The notes under the pieces are model-generated. The model ran no database searches. It had not been told where the DNA came from and worked only from the letters and a program-made list of their open reading frames with translations. A stretch of 57,731 nucleotides of DNA, filler included, from Circinaria calcarea (Eukaryota): assembly GCA_051942165.1 (NCBI GenBank). It is 6 parts of 6 records of this genome, joined end to end, with 100 filler letters (N's around TTAATTAATTAA, not from the genome) between each part and the next. Parts side by side here need not be neighbours in the genome. Positions count along the whole stretch, not along the records: positions 9,648 to 19,189 come from JAVECS010000916.1; positions 19,290 to 28,830 come from JAVECS010000917.1; 4 more parts are not named here. One strand, given 5' to 3'. Position numbers and translations under genes: made by a program. Positions 11,860-25,674 of the stretch are shown piece after piece. How positions within the stretch are numbered: position 1 is the stretch's first letter; every line of letters starts with the position of its first letter.

Positions 11860-13254
11860 ATGTCGCACCGGTTGGTACCCCTGTCTGTGTAGTATTGTTA
11901 GTATGGTAACTGACAGCGTGGAAATAGAAAATTCGAAGCCCCGCGACATGGCTCGCTTGCATTCCTGCCGAGAAAGCGAGCTGCAAGACATAGGTTTGTC
12001 TCTGAATTGTATACGAGCGTTCAGAGATAGAGCTGACATGCCTTCGACAGGGGCAAGGTCAAGAGCTTTCCCAAGGACAACCCAAAGGAGCCAGTACATC
12101 TCACTGCAGCCATGGGTTACAAAGCTGGCATGACTACCATCGTCCGCGATCTTGACCGTCCGGGGGCGAAGATGCACAAGAAAGAGGTAGTCGAGGCTGT
12201 GACGGTCATCGAGACACCCCCTGTGCGTAGCCTTTCCCCTTTTTGTACAGTTTAAGCTAAACCTATTCAATAGATGATTGTGGTTGGTATCGTTGGCTAT
12301 ATCGAAACACCCCGGGGTCTGCGATCTCTCACAACTGTATGGGCCGAGCACCTCAGTGACGAAGTCAAGAGGCGTTTCTACAAGAACTGGTACAAATCAA
12401 AGAAGAAGGCCTTTACCAAATACGCCAAGAAGCATTCTGAAAATTCCGGCCAGTCAATCACCCGCGAACTTGAGCGCATCAAGAAATACTGCACTGTTGT
12501 CCGCGTCCTTGCTCACACCCAAATCCGCAAGACACCCCTTAAACAGAAGAAAGCACACTTGATGGAGATTCAAGTCAATGGGGGTAGCGTTGCGGATAAG
12601 GTCGAGTTCGGTCAAGGCCTCTTTGAGAAGGCGGTCAATATCGACAGCATCTTCGAACAGGATGAGATGGTCGACTGCATTGCTGTCACCAAGGGTCACG
12701 GGTTTCAGGGTGTTACGAGCAGATGGGGCACGAAGAAGCTTCCAAGGAAGACACACAAGGGTCTTCGGAAAGTTGCCTGTATCGGTGCTTGGCATCCATC
12801 TCACGTCCAGTGGACTGTTGCTCGCGCCGGTCAAGACGGATACCATCATCGTACATCAGTCAATCACAAAGTCTACCGTATCGGAAAGGGCAATGAGCCT
12901 GGCAATGCTTCAACAGAATTCGACGTTTCCAAGAAGCAGATCACTCCGTCAGTACAAAACTCAGCTTGTGGTATTATAGTACGCTAACCTACGTATAGCA
13001 TGGGTGGTTTCGTTCGGTACGGCGAGGTCAAGAATGACTTTGTCTTGCTCAAGGGCGCGGTTCCCGGTGTCAAGAAGCGTATCATTACTCTCCGCAAGTC
13101 AATGTTCGTTCACACAAGCCGTAAGGCATTGGAGAAGGTGGATCTCAAGTGGATCGACACGTCCTCGAAGTTTGGACATGGAGCTTACCAGACCCCAGCA
13201 GAGAAGAAGCAGGTGTTGGGCACCCTGAAGAAGGATCTTGCCGCTACTTCTTGA
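11860..13254 (+). CDS. RPL3: 60S ribosomal protein L3 (uL3)
   Basis: Spliced [35 protein letters not shown]...[18 protein letters not shown]...[11 protein letters not shown]; four coding introns. Confidence 0.99.
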
Positions 13255-13687
13255 TCTTGTTGTCTTCTGTACTTGCATGTGCGATTGAAGCTACGGGGTT
13301 TGCTAGCAGAAAATGATGTCCTCGAGCTAGAAGACAATAGTTTCAGCAGTATTCTCCTCCATCCAATATCTCTCATAACCTGTGAACTCATAAACCTTTC
13401 TGTGTATCCGAAATTTACGCCAACGAAGAAGTCAGAGTGCCTTATGTCATGTGCATCTGCTAAGGCAGCAAATTCATAAATCTGACAGAAAATGGTTGCC
13501 TTACCCCTCGCGTCCCCTACGTCATTGTTTATCCATGAAATTTGCTTTGCGCTCTACCCGTATAGAGTTTTTGACTATTCGTTGTAAACGGGACGCTGTC
13601 CACATCCCATCGAACATAGGCCGTCGACGCACGAGCTCTTGGCGTCATTTACCTGCCTATCGCGATATATACAAGGCTCGTCCGGGC

Positions 13688-14216
13688 ATGTCTTCAGACG
13701 AGGCCTACAGCTCCTTCTTGGATCAAGCAAACCAAGAGACAGGCGCAAGCAAAGCCTCGACGCAGTCTGGCATAGGCAGCACAAAAGTCATTGACACAGA
13801 CGTACCAGGGGCACTACGGAGTATTGAACATTACTACACATCGGATGCCGATGAGCCTTTCGAGCCCGTCAGCCTAAGATGGACCGGGCAGAATATGCCG
13901 TCCGAGAGTAGGTTGCTCCAACCCTTGGCGACTTTCTCGGAGTCGTTCTGCGTGCATTACTGATGACTGATGCTTCTCAGATGAATTCAAAGATCTAATC
14001 GGCCACACGGATGAAATCTCCACCCTCAGCACGAAAGAGTTCGACCCGAAAGGTCAATACAAAGAAGTTCTCGCAGCGGTGGAGAAGGTCGGAGACGGGA
14101 TGGTTAGGGTTTTCAGGGCGCATCATGGGAAAACGAGGGCGGAGTACTATGTTGTTGGATTCGACAAGGAGGGAAGGCGAATCGTGGGAATGAAGGCGAA
14201 GGCGGTAGAGAGTTGA
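13688..14216 (+). CDS. Small protein resembling nuclease A inhibitor (NuiA) fold
   Basis: Exons 13688-13907 and 13981-14216 give MSSDEAYSSFLDQAN...YYTSDADEPFEPVSLRW...EFKDLIGH...VRVFRAHHGKTRAEYYVVGFDKEGRRIVGMKAKAVES*. The gene model is solid; the NuiA resemblance is by eye. Confidence 0.75.
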
Positions 14217-15759
14217 TGGGATCGGTACCTCGGGGTAGTGATTGACGTTGTAGGAGGATCGTGAATGATAGGTTATTGCGATATCATGGTGGACAATGAG
14301 AATGGCACTGACAATTTGGGCACTGGGAAACATGAAGCCTATCGTACCAAACCAAGACACCCCCCCAGTTGCCTACACTTTAAGTGGGAGTTTGCGGCAG
14401 AGTCACATGTGTATCGCAGGTGGAGTATGGAGTATGATAGAGCCTGATATGGTTCGAACCTTTTCTGTACTCTTTCTGTACTCATAATATACACTCATGC
14501 ATTCCCATGCACGTGACTGAGAGCTTGCCAAGCTCCGGGAGACCAGAACACAACTAGAATCCGCAAAGCTGAAATAATACCGAGCAAGTGCCGGGCAAGG
14601 GGAAACCGAGACCCCTTTTTTCATTGGTTGCCGCCGAATTCATCGTTATCGCAACTGCAACCAAAATACATCATTCCGTAGGGTTAGTTAACGAACGGAA
14701 TCATGAATCGGGCGAGTCTGAGCTGGAAGACCATCAGGATATCAGGTTTGTTAGCTCGGATAAGTTGCTACTGTCATGTTAGCAGCCGTTTCGGGCATAG
14801 GGCGAGAATGATGTGGGGCGTGGGATTTCCAATCTTATCTCAGGGGCTCTTTGGACACTGAGGGACAAGTACCAGATCCCTCACTGCTGAAGGTCGTGCG
14901 GGAAGGGACTTCCTTTTGGCTTTGACCTCAACGCGACTACAAGAGAGACCAAACCTATTCCGTATTTCACAATAATCGACAAGAATAGAAAAAAAATTTA
15001 AACACGTAAGCCCACTGACGATCGGTCGCCACGGTTCATCCTTACCCTTATGGAGTGCCTGTTGTTGAGGGTCCGAAATGTGAAATTGTCGAATGAATTA
15101 GGATTCCGATTGGTGGACCGAGCCCGCACTAACCTGTTGTGGCTACTCCGTACTCTGTACTGTGGTGGTCGAAAGGGAAATAAGGAATACGGAGTAATGC
15201 AGGACGGGGTCTTTCCCGATCACCGTAACTGTGTCCCCCGTCGCCGGACAACGAGCTTCGTGACTACTTCGACTCTCTTCTGCCCATCACTCTACCCAGC
15301 CAGAATCAAAACGAACTGTGGTGGTGGAGCTCTTTAACTTTGATGTCTCTCGCTCAACTCTCCCTACCACCACACCGACCGGCCATTGACTTCCTTACCC
15401 TCTGTTCATTTCCACCGCACTCGCCAAATTGGATTGCAGGGCTCCCACTTCAATAGGAGAAGGATCGCGTACCCTTCCCACGACATTCCAAACCACCAAC
15501 CATTCCTTTGTTGATCTACACCGACGGCTACTGACCTGAGCACAAGTGTCCCTACCAGCTGATCGGTCTGGAGAACTTTCGTTGCTGGAGGATCAAGGCA
15601 GGAGGGGGAGGCTTCCATCTAAGAAATTTCGCGACCGCCACAACGACCCTCGCTATTTGAATTACATTACCTTCCGTCCACCACTCTGCTGTGTGGATCT
15701 ATCACATTCGCTTCGCGCTTTGTCTGAAAGGATTTGTCTGAGCCACCGTTCACGGATCA

Positions 15760-18076
15760 ATGTCGGAATCTTCCTCTGCGCGAGTGCCGCCTCACATCAG
15801 ACTGAACTCAGGTCAGGACGACATTCTTACACAAGGATCAACAACCGACAGGCCACCGGGTCCGCTCCGGAAAGATTCTTCGCGTTCTCTCATTCCGCAA
15901 AGGCCACAGACAGCCACTTCGATACAGAACCAACCGTCGAATCATGGACTTTATTCCCGCAGTATTGCCGAGTCGGCGGAAAGACTGCTGCCTCCACCAA
16001 GATCCAGGACGCACCGGTTTCGTGACGAAGAATCCCCGGTGGGTATTTCGGCAAGTCCAACCGGGTTCTCGTCGCGGAGAACGAGCTGGAGCTCCGAAGG
16101 GGGAAGCCGAGATAGTAGGATATATAGTCCAAACCCATTCGACGACTCGAGAGCTCCATCGAGGGCAGGTAGCGATGATGATAACGTTAACACGCAAACA
16201 GTCTCGGAAAAATACAATATATTACCTTCGGCAGGATTGCTCTTATTCCCGGAAGATGTGGAGAAGGACGATTGGCTTCACAACCCCGATCCAAACGAGA
16301 AGGAGAAACGAGAGTGTGATATTTTCACAAAGAGAGGCTTCGTCAACGTCGGAGGGCTTGCACTCCTGACACTAGGGGTGTTGACTCTGTTTATCGGATA
16401 CCCAGTATTGTATGTCCTGAACCACCTCCTGGATGCTAGCATTACGTGTTTGGACCATGTACTAACAACACATCCACAGAACCTTTGTTCGGAGAATCAC
16501 AGGACCTGTAGACCCATGTGCTGGGAATCCTGACTGTATCAATGTTGGCAAGATACCTTTACTCAATAATGTACGACATAGCCTCATTGATCCCGACACA
16601 CCGCAATCAGCCATGACGAAGAAGGCCTTTGATGGTACGGATTTGGAGCTAGTCGTACGTGTTTCATCATAAGAACTACGCTATATGAATCAGAGGCTTA
16701 TTCTGTTTTAGTTTTCGGATGAATTCAATACGGATGGTCGTACATTTTATCCGGACGACGATCCCTACTTTCTAGCTGTGGATCTCTGGTATGGCGTGAC
16801 GCAAGATTTAGAGGTATGTATTCGCTATCAAACCTGTTTTTCTCACTCCCAGCTAACGCCATGGTAGTGGTATGACCCTGATGCTGTAACGACCAAGGAT
16901 GGTGTTATGGAGATTCGTTTTGATGCTTTCCAAAATCATGGCTTAAACTATCGATCCGGAATGGTACAGTCCTGGAATCAGTTGTGTTTCACAGGCGGTC
17001 GCCTCGAAGCCTCCATCTCGTTGCCAGGACGCGGAGATACCATCGGATTTTGGCCGGGTTTCTGGTCTATGGGTAACCTTGGAAGGCCAGGTTATGCTGC
17101 AACTACAGACGGACTATGGCCCTATAGCTATGAGGATGTTTGCGATGCCGGAGTCACCAAGAACCAAAGCCAGACAGATGGCTTGAATCTTTTGCCAGGT
17201 ATGCGCTTGCCAGCTTGCACATGTGCGAATGAGGACCACCCGACTCCTGGCAAATCACGTTCAGCACCCGAAATCGATGTCATTGAAGGTTCTGTCGGAC
17301 CCTTGAATATCGATAATACCCTTCAGGTTGGAGTAGCTTCGCAAAGTTGCCAAATGGCCCCTTTTGATATCTGGTACCAACCAGACTATGGTATGAACAT
17401 TGAATGTTTCTTCAGCATAATCTGTTATCTTCAAAATTGACTTCTTGATAGACTTCATTGAATTATACGATCCGTCGATCACCATCATGAATGCATACCG
17501 AGGTGGTCCATACCAACAAGCTCTATCTGGAGTTTCAAATCTCAACAACCATTGGTACGATGGCAAATCGTACCAAAATTACGCCTTCGAGTACGTCCCT
17601 GGTACTGATGGCCGAATCGACTGGTTTATCGGAACTGACAAGACTTGGACGATGGATGCTCGATCTGTGCGACCCAATGGCAACATCGGCCAAAGGGTCA
17701 TTCCAACAGAACCCATGGCGGTGATCATGAACTTTGGCATATCCAGCAGTTTTGCAGAGTTGAACTTTACCGGTCTGGGACCTCTAATGCCGGCTACCAT
17801 GCGCTTTGATTACGTCCGGATATACCAGGACCCAGCTTCGTCCAGTAGTGTTACCTGCGATCCCCCTGGTATGGAAACTACCGGATATATCGCGGAGCAC
17901 TTGGACGCATATAACAATCCCAACAAGACCCTTTGGTGAGTACTTTTTCTGCAACAAACGGTACATACGCTTATACCATTCTTAGGGAACAGACATCCCA
18001 TTCGTGGCCGAAGAATGCTCTCGTCGATAGCTGTACTGCTGCCGATACCTCCGTACCTGTTAAACGTCCGTCATAG
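15760..18076 (+). CDS. KRE6: Beta-1,6-glucan synthesis-associated GH16 protein (KRE6/SKN1 family)
   Basis: EKDDWLHNPDP, type II TM (LFIGYPVL), LVFSDEF, NYRSGMVQSWNQLCFTGG, WPGFWSMGNLGRPGY, RSAPEIDVIE, MRFDYVRIYQ; final exon ends TAG 18076. Confidence 0.95.
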
Positions 18077-19189
18077 CGTCATGGCTTGGTCTGTCTCCAT
18101 TTGATAGACTTACTTTCCGGATTCTCTGTATAAATTACTGCATGCATAGTGGAACTGATGTCGTCACTTCCATCGGTCCACCATCTCGAGTCTTCCGTCT
18201 ACGCTCGCACTACTATCACCGTTCAACGAAATACCTCACGGCCCTCTAAATTTTAATTCGGCGGGTACACTGTACATAGCAGCCTTGAAGGCTTCTTAGT
18301 GTGATCGGCATTTAGCGTGTCTTTGCTGTGTATACCACCTACTTCTGCTTATATTGCATTGGGAAGGATCCTTTTTTGTTTTAGTCGGTCCGGGATCGAA
18401 ATACGGCTTTCGAGGTGCCGTTGGGCGTTTGCAAATACAGTATGTCAGCTGCATCATAGATATGAGGGCGGCGGACCCGGCGTCGTCTGCTGCCCGTATG
18501 GATAGCTTTAGACATAGGTTGAATACCGAGGCAAGAATTTAATCTTTATCCTGGTGGTCCCACGTCGAACGTGATGTGTCGAAAGTATTCAAAGGGACAA
18601 GTGACCATGGTTTAGGGATCAGGTCCACTCATCGTAGATGAATCTAGGGCCACTTGTACGTTACACAGAAGTATACGTATGATTACATATATTCCCCTGC
18701 TGAAGTTTACTCGCCTCACTCGAGCGTCCTTTGTGATGCTTCAGCGCGAGTAAATCAAGTTCAACTTTACTTTTGAGGGCGATCCTGGTGGCTTTTAACA
18801 ACTGTAAGTATGCAATGAACTCGAACTGTGAGAATGTTATGTCAAACCTGGAGCAAGCAATGAAGCACAAACCTCGAAACCCTCATGCCCGCGTACGGAG
18901 TGTTTCCGATCTCCTTCGAGCAGATGAGCCTTTTGTTCATACCACACCAAGAATCTATCCCTTTCGTCTCTTTTGGTTTCAAAAGTGGGTTCGATGTGGG
19001 AGCTCGAGCACAGAGATCCGATGCGCGTACACTGTACTTGGATGTGTGCTTGTTACTCATCACTGTCCGGCGAAAGAAAAAGATCAATATCCACTATTCC
19101 TTCATCTCCTTTCTAAATCCTCGACATCCCTCTGCTACTCTCCTACCATCTACCCCTTCCCCCCCTTTTCAATCTCTTCAAACAAGCCC

Positions 19190-19289
19190 NNNNNNNNNNN
19201 NNNNNNNNNNNNNNNNNNNNNNNNNNNNNNNNNTTAATTAATTAANNNNNNNNNNNNNNNNNNNNNNNNNNNNNNNNNNNNNNNNNNNN
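19190..19289. other. Artificial contig linker
   Basis: Same 100-bp N/TTAATTAATTAA/N block. Confidence 0.98.
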
Positions 19290-19816
19290 AAAGGGAAAAG
19301 TATGAGGACAGCAGCGATAAGGAGGATTACGAAATTGCAGTCGCTGGCATAATGAAGGTTTGTACAGGGAATAAATCTAAGTGATTACGTGCTGAAGCTT
19401 GGCAGCCTGATATCACCTTCTTTGGTGAGGCGCTCTCAGCAAAGTTCCATGACCGTGTCATGAAGCACGACCGGAAGCTCGTGGATCTCGTGATCGTAAT
19501 AGGGACCTCGCTCAAAGTTGCCCCTGTCTCTGAAGTCGTCGGGTTTCTCCCTCCTGATGTGCCTCAAGTGTATATCTCTCGAACGGTGAGCAGGCCCAGC
19601 ATCCGACAGTAGATTCTACTAATTTCATAGTAGCCGTGCTCACATGTCAATTTCGACGTCGATATGCTTGGTGACTGCGATGTAGTGGTCGCCGAGCTCT
19701 GCAAACGGGCAGGCTGGAAGCTCGATCACGAGATGATTCCCAAGAATCAAAGGATCGATGTACAGTTACAAGACGGTTATGATTCTCGTTATTCATTTAA
19801 GCCCATACCGGCATAA
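19290..19816 (+). CDS. SIR2: NAD-dependent histone deacetylase (Sir2/Hst1 class I sirtuin), 3' part only
   Basis: Spliced [14 protein letters not shown]...[15 protein letters not shown]...[37 protein letters not shown]; stop TAA 19814-19816. Missed by the ORF track. Confidence 0.93.
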
Positions 19817-21194
19817 CGTGGTTTTGAAACTGGCAAGCTAGGTGGCTTATTTCGTCATGTTGGCGTGTATACTTTCGAGATACCATGTTGAGATTCAGCG
19901 AGGCGTGGAGGGGTGGTTTATATTTATTTCGGGTAAAGCTAAGGGATACTTGGGGGAGAAGGCTCAATGTGACGGAATAAGCATAGGAGCTTGTGCATTG
20001 CAGATGTCAAACCGCAGGACTGTACACAAATAATTGGTAGAACCGGACCATGCATAGCATCCCCAACAACATACTCTGCGTGGCGGCTGCTCTATTCCTT
20101 CACATGTCTTGAGTTTTACTCCGTTGCTTTCCCTATCTTGTTATATACATTGCTAATGGATGCCTACTGAAAGAGGTGGACTCTGTCAGCCCTCACGAAC
20201 TCAGGGCTAACACTGAACCATGGCTTCTCCAATCACGAGGCTTGGAAGTCATACACTCTATTCTGATAAAGCTAAGCGAACTGTAGTTCGTAGTACCGAT
20301 GGCACGTGACTCATTAGCCCTATTAGTGGAGGAACTTGACTTGTAGATATGTGCTGAGATTATCGACAATATTTAATTAACTACAACTAGAACGCAGATG
20401 ATCGTCATGAGTGCGAGGCTAATCTTTAGTACGTTTATGCTACTCGCCCCAAGCTTGTCAAGATACAAGCCGTTTGCTTGCATTTCCTAGGTGTGCATAT
20501 TGTAGAATCAACGCAGCACCTCGCTTGGTTAGGTCTAGTGACTAATAATAGCTCAAAGCGCTTAGGCCGAGCTCCTAATGCCCTTTGCCTCCACCATTGC
20601 TTTCCATTTCCGTCTCGTTACTCACCCAACCATCCTCATCCTCGTTTATCCTTCTACGAACCTTTGCATACCATTCGAATCTGCTTCTACCGCTTCAAGT
20701 ACTGCAGCTTCACGGGTCCCCTACTCTACAAACATCATAACTCTACAGCTTTGGCCACGGCCTCTGTCAACTCCTCAGGTAAGTGACGGCGCTTCGGGAG
20801 TTCTGAACATTCGGTTTGAGGCGGTATTTATGAATCACTTATTTGGTATATTCTACGCACCTTCGATGATTTAGTGTTTCTGATCTTAGCTGTGGTGTGC
20901 AATGAGAATCCTCCTTATTTCTTAAGTCCTTTTCCACTCTATAATCAACTTACGAGCTGGAGGTTATGTTGAATGATATGGTGTTAGACCCTGACTAACT
21001 TGAGATGAGATTTAGGGTTCTTGATCTCCCCTAAGTTCCGTGTTGAAAGTCGGTTGCCTTGGGTCTCCTTACCACTCTTACAATCGTATTTCACGCGTCA
21101 ATTCGAATTGAGAAGAATAGGTAAACTGGGGCCTCTCCGCATCTCGGCATAATCTAACTATTATTAGCCGTTCCTAAGGCCTCAATAACTCAAG

Positions 21195-22116
21195 ATGTCG
21201 ATTCAGTTTAACAACACCCAGGGGAGCCTTCCAGCCAGGTATGCTGTATCTCTCTATATCTCCTAATTAGATTAGTCATATGACTGTCACTAACATTGTT
21301 TTTTCACGCAGCCAAGCATCTCGTCCTACGCTGGCTACCAATCAAACCACCCAGGTCGTAAACTCTTTCCCATACGATCGCCTACCAGTTGAGGTTCGAG
21401 TAATGATTCTCAAAGAAATCTTGGGAAACCGGGTAATTCACATCGCACGCCGCTCTGACCTCTGCAATCGGTACTTAGAGCATGATTGCTGGACACACGA
21501 TGGCCAAGATGAAAACCGATCATACAATACGTCTTGGGGAATGATCCCCAGTCTTCGATTATTTCATCCAATCCCGGATACTAGCATCCTCAAGACCTGT
21601 CGCGAGGTATCAATTGAAGGAAGCCGTATTCTATGGTCAACCTGTACTTTCGCATTTAGCATACCAAAGCTGTTTTCCCAGTTCATGAAGGTAACAGACT
21701 CCACCGAACGAAACTCCATCCGTCATCTTCGTCTAGTCCTTACAGAATATACCCCGCGGCCAGTCCGCTCCGAACCCATGACATGGAATAGGGTACTATC
21801 AACTGAAGCGATAAAGAGTCTTGGCAGCTTACAAACAGTCAAGGTGATTATGTGCGTCAGGAACTGGGGTAGTGTCTTGTCCCATATGGAATTTCAGGAT
21901 ACTTTCGTGGAGGGTTTGACCCGATTCTCAACGGTAAACCTGCAGCGCATCGAGGTCTCGGTAGAGGCCAGCCCAGGTTTCAATATCCAAACACCCGGCT
22001 TTGTGTCGCCTACGATAGTTTGGCCAAAGCGGCAGAGGGTTGAGTATGCTCAGATCATCAAGGATTCAATGACGTGGAAGAAGGAGCAACTGGAAGCTAC
22101 TTCGTCAACTACTTAG
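21195..22116 (+). CDS. Fungal hypothetical protein with F-box-like LPxE start (DUF7730/2EXR-like family)
   Basis: FPYDRLPVEVRVMILKEILGNRVIHI ... SILKTCREVSIEGSRILWSTCTFAF ... SIRHLRL; short first exon from ATG 21195. Confidence 0.7.
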
Positions 22117-23070
22117 GGGGGTAGTACGGTGAAAGGGCCATGGCATTGCGAAGGTCAGAGAGGAGGAGCGGGATTCATGAGCGTTTGCCTGCAAATCCAT
22201 AATGTGGGGGATACTTGCCGCGTAAGGATGGAAACAAGGGCTTGGTCCAATCCAATTTGTTCAGCATTGATTTCTCTTTGCATACGAATTCACGATTGTG
22301 AGCGGGAATGATGTACAGCAAGCTTAGATAATCGAAACATCAAATCAAAACACATGTCCGCACACGCATGTGGCACTATTTCGACCTCGTAATGCCTGAT
22401 TCATATGAATCTTTAAATCATAGTGCTCATGAAAAGGTCCCGGCAGCAGGAGCTTACCAGGAATTTAAAGTGGGATAATACCGACTCGATATGGTCGATT
22501 GGTTTTTCTGTCGTACTTTTGTGTTACACTTATACATCGGATTGCATCAAAATTCCCATCTTTTATGCGCGGAGCCTACCCACTAGAAGTATCTTACTAG
22601 GCCGATTGGCATTACCATTTCTAATGACCCTGCGGGGATTGATGCAGGTTATATTTCACATCACCATTTTGGTCTGCAAGGTGAGCAATCTCAGGATTTG
22701 AAAAGCAGCTTCAACGAGAGTTACAGGTGATTTATGGCTGAGAGTGCGGCATTAAGCAAATGCAGCAAGTCCTTCACTTTGATACATATGCGATGTTTAT
22801 TACCGCCCTCCCAGTTGCATCATAACGATCAGTCTGGTTTCCTTTCTCGACCCGTGAGTTTATGGTCCGCTTTTCCAAAACAATACAAATAACGGCTTGC
22901 TTATCAAAACACTATTCCATCTGAAGTCTCTTCCGAGGAATTACTTAGCATATCGTTTCGAAAACCCTTGTGAAAATCTGTCCTGAAATTCGTTGCTGTA
23001 GAAACTATTAACCATATCACCAACGATGTAAGAAAGGATTCCGCTTACAGCTATCGGCTTTCAACATCAA

Positions 23071-24076
23071 CTACTCGTCAGTTTCATGGTCTGTCGGCGT
23101 CCCCCGATCCCATGCACGCGCTCGAACAGTTCTGGGATCATCCCAGATAGTAATTGGATCAGCATCTTTCTTGAGGATGCAAATCTCGAGAAAGTATTCC
23201 AATTCCTCAATCTCCTCGGCAGACAGCCCGTGGTTAGGATTCGCTGCGCTCAGTTGATTCCAATTCAGTCGAGCATCCAGACACATGTTATCGGGCATTG
23301 TAGCTGGGTGCTGACTTAGTTGAACATCGACCAATCGCAAAAGAGGGAGCCCGCGAAGTTGAAACAGCCCCTTCACTCGCAAGTCGTCGTACACGCCATT
23401 TGTAAACAGAGATACCCATTGATCCCGTATTAAGATATTTCTTATATGAACCGTAAGCTTCTGGAGATGGCTAAATCGCCTCACTCGGTTCACGTGCAGA
23501 GCGTGTTCCCAGGCCATGGAGACCGAAGGTGTCATGCGGAACTGCAGACTCCTAATCTTTGCCTGCTGCCCGAAATTCGTATCGTCGCAGAATCTCACAA
23601 AGTCTCTCAGGCACTCGAATAAAAAGGTATTGGAGCCCCAAAAGATATCGCTCGCTTCTCTTGACACCTGGTGGTTGGCAAAGAACAAGTCGATATTCAT
23701 GGTTGCGGTGATTTCACAAGACTCGTGATGATAGTCAAAACCTGCTATTTGCTGTGGAGGTGGACCGCGGCAAACATGATGGCTTGCGGTGGGTCGGTAG
23801 TCAATGTTGAGATTATCCCAGTCGTACAGCTCTATTCCTTTATCTCGTAAAGTTTTTACGCAGATCAAATTGCCACCAAGTACTTCCTCATAGACTCTAT
23901 CACGGAGTTCCCTTGGTAGAGTAAGGAAGGGGTTTGAATTGGTAACGGCCGCCGATCTGCTTTTAGTCAGTAATGTGTTGTAAATCGAGGAAGAATATTA
24001 CCCACCCTTTCCCAGCGGTAGTGTTCGAGCGGCTTTGATGTCCCATCAATAAGCGGATATCAGTGGAGAGAGACAT
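23071..24076 (-). CDS. Fungal hypothetical protein, distant paralogue of 21195-22116 (DUF7730/2EXR-like)
   Basis: NPFLTLPRELRDRVYEEVLGGNLICV ... LFFANHQVSREASDIFWGSNTFLF ... KIRSLQF. First exon and start are approximate. Confidence 0.7.
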
Positions 24077-25062
24077 GGGAACCGACTGATATTTAATCCG
24101 TGGATTTGGAAAATGCTTAGAACGCTGATGTTAACGTAAGTGAAAAAGTGCAGCTCAGGAGTTCGAATCTAAATGAAAAGTGTAGGCAGAATTGCTAGAA
24201 CTGAGAGGTGTAGGTAGAGCAGATAGTTCTTTGATTGGGTTATAATCTCAGTGAATTGAAGCTAGTTGACAACTCTAACTTTCACTCAAGGGGTAGCTCA
24301 ATAAAGTGTTGATTTTATGAAACAAGCGAGATCTTAGCCCTGTAATGCCTATTTCGGATAATAAGGTAGTGTTCTAATCCGCTGTATCTTTTGTACAGTA
24401 TCACTTATATAGACTTTAGCTTGGGGATTTTATAGAAGAAACTGTGGACCGATCCGTGCTCCATATGCCTCGCGGTATTAAGAAGAAGTGTAAAAAAGCC
24501 AATATTAATGGTTACAAGCGACTCCAAAAAGTCGAGATCTAATGCCTTTAGTTTCTATGCCCTTTCTGAAGTTGTAAGTTTGAGCCCTCTGGCAGATGTT
24601 TGGACAGCTATTAAAACACGCGCTGATATAAAGTGTGCTGAGCAGCCAATCATCATCTGATACTAGCCGAGCTCTAGCTAGAGTACCTTGTCGAGATAGG
24701 GAATCGGTATTCAGTAAAGTTTTCACCGATAACCATAGCAGGAGGTACAACTGCTCTAATTAGTAAGGTGGTACAAGGCTCTATAATGTCTCATATATAC
24801 TCTCATCTTTCATGCAATGCCTCTAAGAAGTTATCATGGTCTCTTTTATCCGTCGCTACCTCAAGCTCTTTGACGAAGGTACCCATGGCAGCCAATAGAC
24901 ATTCGGCCTCAGACTTATAGGTACATTCACTTGCTATTAAATATGCCTTGAGAGTCTTGCTTTACCTACATTATAGTTACACATTTGGGAGGTTTGGTTA
25001 TTTTTTTTGTTATGCTCGGATGAAACAGCCCCCAAGCCTCGCGCCCAATCCGAAATCGTTAC

Positions 25063-25674
25063 CAGTCCCGGACCACCGATTCGCAATCACTAGCAATTCG
25101 CAACTCGAAAACTTAAAGTCTTGAAATATACCTATAAATGTCACACTTTCTTAATGATTTACTTTATAATGAAGATAGTGCATGATGTGCATTAAGTCTA
25201 GAACTCTATATTACTGTAAACACGTAGCTTATGGTGTTCTATCGTATAGACGCCATGCGCAATGAGCTCCTCCTAAGTAATTGCGCGTTTTGCCACTTCG
25301 CTGTCAATTACACGTATTTCGCTGCGCTGCGAATTCATGATTTTTTGCAGCTTTATGCCAGCCTTCGCTGCTTTTAATGCATTCAGGTATCTTTGAGCCT
25401 GAAATTCTGCTGATCGCTGTGCTTTATTTAATTCAATAAGCCTCCGCCCATTGCAGCTGATTTTAGACTTGGGTACATGTCTTTGCCAACTGAATTGATC
25501 GCACGTTTGATTCTGTCCTTTATGGGCCAAGTATCTGCCTCATTTTGCGCCATGATTTTACTTGTGGTTTATACTGGAGTTAGGTGCGCATGAAAGAATT
25601 AGGTGGGGTTTCGGAAAGATTTTAGGCTTTCGAGTTGCGAATCGCTAGTGATTGCAAATCGGTGGTCTGGACTA
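25063..25674. mobile_element. Non-autonomous TIR element (MITE-like), degenerate
   Basis: ~60-bp terminal inverted repeats at 25063-25122 and 25616-25674 (CAGTCCCGGACCACCGATTCGCAATCACTAGC...), 7 substitutions plus 1 indel; AT-rich non-coding interior. Confidence 0.8.

Noticed and set aside
24150..24180. GTTCGAATC resembling a tRNA T-loop
   Set aside because: No cloverleaf stems or A-box around it.
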